A DNA stretch of 52,394 nt from a virus (lineage: Duplodnaviria > Caudoviricetes): positions 1 to 52,394 of the IMG/VR virus record IMGVR_UViG_3300044642_000273; one strand, written 5' to 3'. Both the position numbers and the translations under genes were made by a program. The stretch's first letter is position 1. Every line of letters starts with the position of its first letter. Below the pieces are notes generated by a model. The model was given only the letters and a program-made list of their open reading frames with translations, was not told the DNA's origin and did not search any database. Below, in pieces: positions 39,398 through 46,950 of the stretch.

Positions 39398-40285
39398 ATG
39401 AATTTACATCAAAGAGAGATTGAATTAGAGAATGCTAAGTTGGCAAAGGATCGCCACTTAGAGATTCGTCAGAAACTTGACTCTATTTCAATCGAATTCT
39501 CGAAAGAGATTATTGACTTAAGCTTTCACATTGATAAATGGAGAAAGGTAGATAGAAAACCTAGAGAAGTTGAAAGACTAGCTTATGCTAGCTTGTTAAA
39601 TAAAGTGCCTTCTATCGTTCTAGCAGAAAACGTTGTTCGTGCTTTATTCGAATCATACATTAACGTAGACATTGGAGCACCTTTAACGTATGCTACTGTT
39701 GTTAACAATAAGTTAATTCAGCAGAGATTACGTAGTTTACTTCCTAACGAGGAAACAGCAATACCGATACAGTTTAAATTCTCTTTAGTAGATTTACTAG
39801 TATCCCGTACTGTTAGATATCTTCCTTCATTATTTATCGATGTTGAAAGTAGAAAACTTGGTACTCCAGACTCCATCGAACTCACAAAAGTCGCAAAAGA
39901 GCGTTTAGGCAAGATTTCTATTCAGGAATTGTTAACTGACGTTCCAATGAGATGCAAACCTGCGAAATGGACTTCAGTATTTCATGGTGGTTTCTTAACA
40001 TCAGAAATGCAGCGTGGAAATCCACTGATTGGGTCTCGTTATCACGATTATAAAGAATTGATTGAAATCGATAAGTCTTTGCAAAGTAATCCTGAAATTT
40101 TAGAATCTGTAAATAAAATGCAAAACGTAGCATTTAAAATCGATCCTAACTTTCAGAAATATCAAAAGATTATTGATGATATTCGAAAATCGAAGATAAA
40201 AGAGATTCAAACTCAAATCGACAAGAAGCGAGAAGAGATTTCACGATGTGAAAAGGAGTTAGATTTGAGTATCCCTATTAGATAG
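39398..40285 (+). CDS. T7-like RNA polymerase, N-terminal subunit
   Basis: HQREIELE, IELT, PMRCKPAKW....GGF, VNKMQNVAFKID match T7 RNAP N-terminal motifs (QLALEHE, IELA, PCVVPPKPW...GGGY, INIAQNTAWKIN); ATG 39398 behind AAGGAG. Confidence 0.82.
   Translation: MNLHQREIELENAKLAKDRHLEIRQKLDSISIEFSKEIIDLSFHIDKWRKVDRKPREVERLAYASLLNKVPSIVLAENVVRALFESYINVDIGAPLTYATVVNNKLIQQRLRSLLPNEETAIPIQFKFSLVDLLVSRTVRYLPSLFIDVESRKLGTPDSIELTKVAKERLGKISIQELLTDVPMRCKPAKWTSVFHGGFLTSEMQRGNPLIGSRYHDYKELIEIDKSLQSNPEILESVNKMQNVAFKIDPNFQKYQKIIDDIRKSKIKEIQTQIDKKREEISRCEKELDLSIPIR
40265..40278 (+). promoter_or_regulatory. TTGAGTATCCCTAT, candidate phage-RNAP promoter for the replication genes
   Basis: 14-bp identity with the two minus-strand repeats at 28993 and 29172; about 50 nt upstream of the SSB start. 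Confidence 0.5.
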
Positions 40286-40329
40286 ACCATACGGGATATC
40301 TAGTTTTTAACTTATGGAGAATAGCCAAG

Positions 40330-40884
40330 ATGGCAAAACTAAAAACTGCAATTACACCGAAAGGTACTTTATCATGGCCATACATTGGTCGTCCTGATAC
40401 AAGATACAATCCTGAAGGTGTCTATAAGACCAGCTTAATTGTACCGGCAGCTGAAGCCGAATCGCTGATGGAAACATGCAAACAGATGTTTATTGATGAG
40501 TATGGTAATGCCAAACTCGCCAAAGCGAACATGCCTTTCTCACCTGAAGTCGATGACCAAGGTAACGAAACAGGCAACATCGTGTTTAAGTTTAAATCTA
40601 AACGACAGCCAAAACTGTATGACGCTAAAGGTAAAGTAATTACTAAAAACCTTCAAGTTGCATCAGGCACAGTGGCTAAAGTCGCTACAGCGATTAATCC
40701 TTACGCTACAGGTATCAACGTTGGTGTTTCACTTTATTTGAACGACGTTCAGATTATCGAGTTAGTAGAATACGGCAAAGGCAGCCTATTCGGACAAGAA
40801 GATGGTTTCGAGTTCGACGACGATGGTGAGCCTAACGAACCTTCTACTACTGGATCGAAGAGTGAAGAAAACGCGGACTTCTAA
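40330..40884 (+). CDS. single-stranded DNA-binding protein (T7 gp2.5-like)
   Basis: TPKG...P....PD...P.G.YK, FKFK, P..YDAKG, GVSL.L..VQIIELVE, acidic tail ending in DF. Confidence 0.9.
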   Translation: MAKLKTAITPKGTLSWPYIGRPDTRYNPEGVYKTSLIVPAAEAESLMETCKQMFIDEYGNAKLAKANMPFSPEVDDQGNETGNIVFKFKSKRQPKLYDAKGKVITKNLQVASGTVAKVATAINPYATGINVGVSLYLNDVQIIELVEYGKGSLFGQEDGFEFDDDGEPNEPSTTGSKSEENADF

Positions 40885-41269
40885 GCAAGTTGGAATTTAT
40901 CACGGATTTCGAAGTGGTCTTGAGGAACGCATAGCGGAGCAATTGACAACGCTTAACGTTCCTTTCACCTTTGAAGAGGTCAAGATAAAGTATGTGAAAC
41001 CTCAACGATCTGCTACCTATTGTCCGGATTTTATCCTGTCGAATGGTATCATCGTTGAGACTAAAGGTCGTTTCCTAACGGCTGATAGACAAAAGCACAT
41101 ACTGATTAAAGAGCAGCATCCTGAGTTGGACTTACGTTTTGTATTTAGTAACTCAAATGCACGTATCTCTAAGACTTCGAAAACTACATACGCAGATTGG
41201 TGTATTAAAAATGGGTTTGTCTTTGCAGATAAACTTATTCCAATCGAATGGATAAACGAAACACGCTAA
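40862..41269 (+). CDS. endonuclease I / Holliday junction resolvase (T7 gp3-like)
   Basis: FRSGLE, Y.PDF.L.NGIIVETKG, DRQKH.LIKEQHPELD.RFVF; start uncertain (GTG 40862). Confidence 0.93.
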   Translation: MKKTRTSKQVGIYHGFRSGLEERIAEQLTTLNVPFTFEEVKIKYVKPQRSATYCPDFILSNGIIVETKGRFLTADRQKHILIKEQHPELDLRFVFSNSNARISKTSKTTYADWCIKNGFVFADKLIPIEWINETR

Positions 41270-41279
41270 GGAGAATACG

Positions 41280-42899
41280 TTGATTGAAAATGAAGAGTCG
41301 AGATTCCTAAGACACGAATCCTGCGACAGTTGCGGATCGAGCGACGCTAAGGCAGTTTATTCGAATGGATCGACCTTTTGCTTCGCTTGTCAAGTTTCTA
41401 CTCGCAGTGAAGGTGGCAAAACTAAGGTGATGAATAACACATCTCCTTCTCTTGCACCATTCTTTGACGCTCAAATAGAGCCACTCGCCGCTAGAGGTAT
41501 TTCCGAAGCGACTTGTAAACGGTTTGGCGTACGTAAAGGTGATTTAAATGGACGTAATGTCCACTTCTATCCTTACGTTGTAGATGGTGAAGTAGTTGCC
41601 GCTAAGACTAGAGATAAAGACAAAAACTTCAAGATTATTGGAGATGGAAAAGACTTACCATTCTTTGGTCAGCATCTTACTCCTAATCCAAGTGATAAAC
41701 TTACTTTAGTTGTTACTGAAGGTGAGATCGATGCGCTATCTATGTCTCAGATTATGGGAAATAAATGGCCTGTTGTATCTATTCCACAAGGAGCTCAAGG
41801 CGCCATAAAAACTTTTAGAAGCCAAATTGAATGGCTAGATAAGTTTAAAGATGTTGTTATCATGTTTGATAATGATGGTGCTGGTAGAGATGCCGCTCTG
41901 AAATGTGCTGAAGTATTACGACCTGGTAAAGCCAGAATCGCTTCACTTCCGCTCAAAGACGCCAACGAAATGTTGATGGCTGAGCGTACTGAGGAGTTGA
42001 TGAAGGCGTTTTGGGACGCTAAGCACTTCCGTCCGGATGGTATTCTATCTGGAAATGAGTTGTGGGAATCTGTATCACGTGAAGAGTCTACCATCACAGT
42101 AGAGTATCCTTTCTCGAAACTAAATGAAACTACTTTAGGTATTCGTAGAGGTGAGCTAGTGACTGTTACGGCAGGCTCAGGTATTGGTAAGTCAGCGTTT
42201 ATGCGAGAAATCGCGCATCATTTACTTTCACTAGGTGAGACAGTGGGTATGGTGATGTTAGAAGAAAATCCTAGACGAACTGCATTAGGTCTTATGGGAT
42301 TATCTTTGAATAAACCTTTGCACTTATCTCGTGACGGTGTATCTAATGAAGAGTTACGCAAAGCGTTTGATGACACATTAGGCACCAATCGTGTATTCTT
42401 ATACGATCACTTTGGTAGTACGGAAGTAGATTACCTTATGAATAAATTAAGGTATATGGTAAAAGGTTTACAGTGTAATTGGTTGATTCTTGACCACCTA
42501 TCCATTCTTGTATCAGGATTGGAAGGCGTAGATGAGCGTAGACTTATCGATCAAGCAATGACTATGTTACGTACCTTTGTTGAAGAAACAGGTTGTGGAT
42601 TGTTGTTAGTAAGCCATTTACGACGGCCAGATGGAAAAGGCCATGAAGAAGGAGCTGCTACATCACTATCACAATTGCGTGGATCACATGCCATCGCTCA
42701 ACTCTCTGACATTGTAGTCGGTTTAGAGCGTAATCAACAAGGTGACAATCCTAATGAAACTCAAATTAGAGTATTAAAGAATCGTTTCTCTGGTCAAACT
42801 GGAGAAGCTGGTAAACTTTACTTTAATCGAGAGACAGGACGATTGACTGAAACATTTACTATGGCACCTGAAACATTCACAGCAAGTTCGGATTTTTAA
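41280..42899 (+). CDS. primase-helicase (T7 gp4-like)
   Basis: Cys4 zinc finger (C..CGSSD...CF.C), TOPRIM EGEID and FDND, AGSGIGKS Walker A, LDH, LRGS..IAQLSD, KNRF.G.TG. Confidence 0.96.
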   Translation: MIENEESRFLRHESCDSCGSSDAKAVYSNGSTFCFACQVSTRSEGGKTKVMNNTSPSLAPFFDAQIEPLAARGISEATCKRFGVRKGDLNGRNVHFYPYVVDGEVVAAKTRDKDKNFKIIGDGKDLPFFGQHLTPNPSDKLTLVVTEGEIDALSMSQIMGNKWPVVSIPQGAQGAIKTFRSQIEWLDKFKDVVIMFDNDGAGRDAALKCAEVLRPGKARIASLPLKDANEMLMAERTEELMKAFWDAKHFRPDGILSGNELWESVSREESTITVEYPFSKLNETTLGIRRGELVTVTAGSGIGKSAFMREIAHHLLSLGETVGMVMLEENPRRTALGLMGLSLNKPLHLSRDGVSNEELRKAFDDTLGTNRVFLYDHFGSTEVDYLMNKLRYMVKGLQCNWLILDHLSILVSGLEGVDERRLIDQAMTMLRTFVEETGCGLLLVSHLRRPDGKGHEEGAATSLSQLRGSHAIAQLSDIVVGLERNQQGDNPNETQIRVLKNRFSGQTGEAGKLYFNRETGRLTETFTMAPETFTASSDF

Positions 42900-42916
42900 C
42901 TTTATTGGAGAATTAA

Positions 42917-43186
42917 ATGTCAACACAATTATACTTTGCAGTAAAAGCAATTAAAGAAAACAAAAACGGCGCTACTTCGCAACACTTAGCGAAATACGGT
43001 ATCAAGAATGCCTCAGCCGTAATCTCAACACTACGCAAACGTGGCCACACTATTGTGACACAATTCGTAACCAAGAATGGTCAACGTGTTGGTAAATATT
43101 TGATGCCTTTTGGCACACGTACTGAAGAAGCAAAACTTACTAAAACAGCTCGTAAGGCAATTGCCAAGGAGTTTGGGTTAGCATAA
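42917..43186 (+). CDS. small basic winged-helix-like DNA-binding protein
   Basis: GI.N.SA.IS.LRK.GH.I pattern; GGAG RBS. Confidence 0.6.
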   Translation: MSTQLYFAVKAIKENKNGATSQHLAKYGIKNASAVISTLRKRGHTIVTQFVTKNGQRVGKYLMPFGTRTEEAKLTKTARKAIAKEFGLA

Positions 43187-43241
43187 ATGTAACTTATTAT
43201 ATACAAAATAGCATGTTTATGTATATTATATGATACAATCA

Positions 43242-43301
43242 GTCTGACTGATGAGCCTTAAATAGGCGAAACCGCCACTCGGGAGAGTCGCGGTCTCAGA
43301 C
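43242..43301 (+). ncRNA. hammerhead ribozyme 7 (type I)
   Basis: GUCUGA-CUGAUGA-GCCU(UAAAU)AGGC-GAAA-CCGC.ACUC(GGGA)GAGU.GCGG-UC/UCAGAC; predicted cut after 43295. Confidence 0.93.
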
Positions 43302-43371
43302 ACTCAAAACTATATCGATAAACTGAATCGAATCCTCCTGTAGTTTTAACATCCAATAGGAGTTAAATACT

Positions 43372-43782
43372 ATGAGCATTAAATCGCAAATTATTATGTC
43401 AAGCCGAGAGCATTACAAGGCTCACATTCGTAAACATGTCACTAACATCAACGCAATTCTTGCTAATCCAATCGCTATTCCTGAGCACACAGACATCATG
43501 GACTCGGTTGAAAAAGAACTGTTTGTCATTAGTGAATACGAAAGCAAATTACAAGCATTAGACAAATACATTAAAGATGAGTCTGATGATAATGGTAATA
43601 ACGGCAACAATGGTAATGGCAACGGTGGTAATAATGGAAACAACGGTAATAATGACACAAGCACTACTACCGAATCTTCTACAACTACCGAGACTAATGA
43701 GACTTCAACCACTCAACAAGAAGCCACCATTACAGTCGGTGCAGGCTCTCATTTAACTATTGAGAGACCTTTTACAGTCTAA
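43372..43782 (+). CDS. helical protein with Asn/Gly- and Thr/Glu-rich low-complexity tail
   Basis: AGGAG RBS; TAA stop lies in stem I of hammerhead 8. Confidence 0.7.
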   Translation: MSIKSQIIMSSREHYKAHIRKHVTNINAILANPIAIPEHTDIMDSVEKELFVISEYESKLQALDKYIKDESDDNGNNGNNGNGNGGNNGNNGNNDTSTTTESSTTTETNETSTTQQEATITVGAGSHLTIERPFTV

Positions 43783-43828
43783 CTGATGAGTCCTACATGG
43801 ACGAAACCGTAGTGATACGGTCTTAGAC
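43777..43828 (+). ncRNA. hammerhead ribozyme 8 (type I)
   Basis: GUCUAA-CUGAUGA-GUCC(UACAU)GGAC-GAAA-CCGUA(GUGA)UACGG-UC/UUAGAC; predicted cut after 43822. Confidence 0.95.
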
Positions 43829-43897
43829 AATCCCAACTACATCATAAGTAGTTGAATTGATTACAAATATTTACCCTACCAAGTAGAATAGGATAAA

Positions 43898-45697
43898 ATG
43901 AAACGATTAGTATTTGACATTGAGTCGGATGGACTTCTCGACACCATTTCTAAAGTGCATTGCCTTGTAATACAGGATGCCGACGATGGTAAAGTGATGT
44001 CTTATGTAGGTCACGACGAAGTATTGAAAGGTATTGAGGTATTAAATGCGGCTGATGAAGTCGCTGGACATAACATTATTGGTTATGACATACCTGCACT
44101 TGAAAAGATTTTTCCTGGAAAGTTAAACGTAACTTCAAAAGCGTTTGACACTCTATTGGCTAGTAAGTTGAGCGCTCCTGACATTTACATGTTTGACGTT
44201 GCTAAACGCTATCCAAAACTAGAAATCAAGAGTTATGGCTCATACTCATTAGAGGCTTGGGGCCAACGCTTAGGAAACTTCAAGGCATCAAAGCCAGTAG
44301 ACTTTAAAGTGTTTACCGATGAGATGCTAAAGTATTGTATTCAAGACGTTGACACTAACGTTACGCTATACAAATACCTTAAGAGTTTGAAAATGTCTGA
44401 ACGAGCACTTCAGATGGAAACTTTATTCTGGGTTAACACAATTGACATGGCTAACTCAGGATTTCCATTTGATGCCGTTAAGGCTCAAAACATGTATGCT
44501 AAATTGTCTTCAGAACGTGAAGAGATTCGTAAAGAATTGACTACACTGTTTCCGACAAGAACGATTGAGCGTACATCTGAAAAGACAGGTAAATCTTTAA
44601 AACCGAAGGTGATTGAGTTTAATCCATCATCTCGCGATCACATCGCTTATTGGTTTAAAGAGAAATACAACTGGCAACCTAAAGACTTTACACCGTCTGG
44701 AAAACCAGAAATCAACGCGGACATTCTAGAAACATTAGAGTATCCTGAAGCGGCCGAACTTAAACGCTACTTTATTCTCGATAAAATCATCGGAATGGTA
44801 GCAGAAGGTAAGAATGCTTGGTTGACTATGGTTGGAAACGACGGTCGTATGCATGGTAGAATAAACACCATTGGTGCAGCTTCTACACGATGCACACATA
44901 CTTCGCCAAACATGGCGCAAGTGCCAGGTGCCAGAAAAGAGTTTGGATTAGATTGCCGTTCACTATTCCATGCTCCAAAAGGTTACAAACAAATCGGTAC
45001 GGACTTAAACGCTATCGAACTTCGATGCTTTGCGCATTATCTAGCAGCGTATGATGAAGGTGAATATACCAACATTATTTTGAGTGGTGACATTCACTGG
45101 ACAAATGCTGTAGCGGCAGGTTTCCATCCTCCATTACCTGAAGGTGAAGTTTACAGCAGCGATGTGAAGGCTCAGAAACTTGCACGTGACCAAGCAAAGA
45201 CATTGATTTATGCTATGATTTATGGCGCAGGTGATGCTAAGCTCGGTGAGATTGTTGGCGGTGCTACTAAAGAAGGTAAAATGATTCGTAAGAAGTTTTA
45301 CGAAAGTTTTCCAGCGATTGAGCGTCTAACCAACGAAGTAAAGAAAGCAGCTGAAGCTCGAGGTAGTATTAAACTACTTCACGGTGCTATGATTCCTGTG
45401 CGTAAAGCCTTTGCAGCGCTAAACACTCTTTTACAAGGTGCTGGCGCGGTAGTTGCAAAAGAATGGCTAAACGTCGCTAGAGAAATGGCTGAAGATCGTG
45501 GATGGGTTTATGACAAGGACTTCTGGTTCGCTGGGCACATCCATGACGAAATTCAGGCAATCGCTAGAGAAGACATCGCTAAAGAATTTGCAGAGTTGAT
45601 GGAAGCATCTGCGCAAGAAGCTGGCAATCGTTTAGGCATGAGATGTAGAGTAGATGCTGAAGCGAAAGTCGGTCAGAATTGGGCAGATTGCCACTAA
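43898..45697 (+). CDS. DNA polymerase family A (T7 gp5-like)
   Basis: FDIESDG exonuclease I, GHNIIGYD, FNPSSRDHI, DLNAIELR (A), R..AKT.IYA..YG (B), HDE (C), W.DCH end. Confidence 0.97.
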   Translation: MKRLVFDIESDGLLDTISKVHCLVIQDADDGKVMSYVGHDEVLKGIEVLNAADEVAGHNIIGYDIPALEKIFPGKLNVTSKAFDTLLASKLSAPDIYMFDVAKRYPKLEIKSYGSYSLEAWGQRLGNFKASKPVDFKVFTDEMLKYCIQDVDTNVTLYKYLKSLKMSERALQMETLFWVNTIDMANSGFPFDAVKAQNMYAKLSSEREEIRKELTTLFPTRTIERTSEKTGKSLKPKVIEFNPSSRDHIAYWFKEKYNWQPKDFTPSGKPEINADILETLEYPEAAELKRYFILDKIIGMVAEGKNAWLTMVGNDGRMHGRINTIGAASTRCTHTSPNMAQVPGARKEFGLDCRSLFHAPKGYKQIGTDLNAIELRCFAHYLAAYDEGEYTNIILSGDIHWTNAVAAGFHPPLPEGEVYSSDVKAQKLARDQAKTLIYAMIYGAGDAKLGEIVGGATKEGKMIRKKFYESFPAIERLTNEVKKAAEARGSIKLLHGAMIPVRKAFAALNTLLQGAGAVVAKEWLNVAREMAEDRGWVYDKDFWFAGHIHDEIQAIAREDIAKEFAELMEASAQEAGNRLGMRCRVDAEAKVGQNWADCH

Positions 45698-45710
45698 TTG
45701 GAGAAGCACC

Positions 45711-45977
45711 ATGGAAATTAGACATATTCACATTATGCCATTCATCGATCAAGGTGAATTGGTAGTTGAATTGCATGTTGATGGACAAGAGGTAGCTCCT
45801 GTCGCTCAGCGCTTAGAGCAAATCTTTGAAGAGTATTTAGATTATCGCCGTAATCCTGAAGATAGTGGACTCGATCCACAACATCGTGAAGAAACGGTAA
45901 ATCTTATTGCAACTTTGAGATATATTGCCCAACAACTTGAACGTGAAACAGATGACTTGCGAAGGACACTACAATGA
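45711..45977 (+). CDS. hypothetical protein
   Basis: Probable ATG 45711 behind GGAG. Confidence 0.6.
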   Translation: MEIRHIHIMPFIDQGELVVELHVDGQEVAPVAQRLEQIFEEYLDYRRNPEDSGLDPQHREETVNLIATLRYIAQQLERETDDLRRTLQ

Positions 45978-46735
45978 GGTTGGCAATTGACGCAGATATA
46001 ATTTTGTATCAGGCGAGTTTAGGCGCTCAAAATAAAATAGATTGGGGTGATGAAACTGTTTCAGTAGAAGCAGACATCAACAAAGCCAAGGCGATTGTAA
46101 AGAGTACGATACGTGAGTATCAAAACTATACAGGAGTCAAGGAGTTTGTGCTATGCCTATCTCATTATGAGAATTTTAGAAAGACTGTATGGTCAGACTA
46201 TAAATTATCTCGTAAAGATAGCGAACGTCCTGTCTTACTAAAACCTTTAAGAGAATGGGTAGAGGAGACATACCCAACGATGGTGATTGAGAAACTTGAA
46301 GCAGACGATGTTTTAGGTATCTTAGCCACCACGTATCCAGGTGAGATTATCCACTGTACGATGGATAAAGACTTACAATGCGTTCCAGGTAAGATGTTAC
46401 ATGTAAAGAAAAACAAGAAACATTTACTATTAGACATTTCAGAAGACAGTGCGAAAAGGTTTCATTACATTCAAACTATGACTGGTGACATGTGTGATGG
46501 TGTGCCTGGCGTTTATGGTATTGGCCCAAAGAAGGCTGAAAAGTATTTAGACAAGTATGGTGTAAAGTGGTCTACAGTCGTCAAATGTTATACTGACAAT
46601 GGTATGACAGAAGAAGAGGCGCTACGTAATGCCATTATGGTAAAGATGTTAGACAATACTTTATATGTTAATGGTGAAATTAAATTGTGGGAGCCTCCTA
46701 TCGATGAACGATCAACGGTTACAACAACCGCTTAA
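45974..46735 (+). CDS. 5'-3' exonuclease (T7 gp6-like)
   Basis: IDAD, NFRK....YK..R, LEADDVLGI, DKDL, GD..DG.PG..GIG. Confidence 0.93.
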   Translation: MRLAIDADIILYQASLGAQNKIDWGDETVSVEADINKAKAIVKSTIREYQNYTGVKEFVLCLSHYENFRKTVWSDYKLSRKDSERPVLLKPLREWVEETYPTMVIEKLEADDVLGILATTYPGEIIHCTMDKDLQCVPGKMLHVKKNKKHLLLDISEDSAKRFHYIQTMTGDMCDGVPGVYGIGPKKAEKYLDKYGVKWSTVVKCYTDNGMTEEEALRNAIMVKMLDNTLYVNGEIKLWEPPIDERSTVTTTA

Positions 46736-46943
46736 CGATCTTATAGATGAATACAGGCGTAAGTTTTTAGAAGTCCACGCATACAACATGGTCTTTCTTC
46801 CAACTCCTTTAACAAAGGAATGGTTGATTGACCAATTGCATGCACTGGAATGGTATAAACATTACGAAACATCTATTGAGTTAAAACCTCAAAAAGAGAT
46901 TGTAAAGCGAAAAGTAGTAAGAAATACAAATCCATTTAAATAG
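46704..46943 (+). CDS. hypothetical protein
   Basis: Probable ATG 46704 overlapping the end of the exonuclease gene. Confidence 0.5.
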   Translation: MNDQRLQQPLNDLIDEYRRKFLEVHAYNMVFLPTPLTKEWLIDQLHALEWYKHYETSIELKPQKEIVKRKVVRNTNPFK

Positions 46944-46950
46944 GAATTTT

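Noticed and set aside
39383-39400. Frameshift, intron or intein joining the two RNAP ORFs
   Set aside because: The halves are in reversed order, each has its own RBS, and no intein or intron signatures were seen.
43210-43238. dif-like XerCD site (ATGTATATTAT core)
   Set aside because: Only the central part matches; both arms deviate strongly and the region is very AT-rich.
30582-43589. Other CTGATGA matches (30582, 34826, 43583) as additional hammerheads
   Set aside because: They are inside coding sequence and are not followed by stem II, GAAA and stem III.
30010-43828. CTGATGAG...GACGAAAC repeats as a CRISPR array or simple terminators
   Set aside because: Copies are 0.5-5.5 kb apart with genes between them, vary with compensatory changes, have no U-tracts, and fit the hammerhead consensus exactly.
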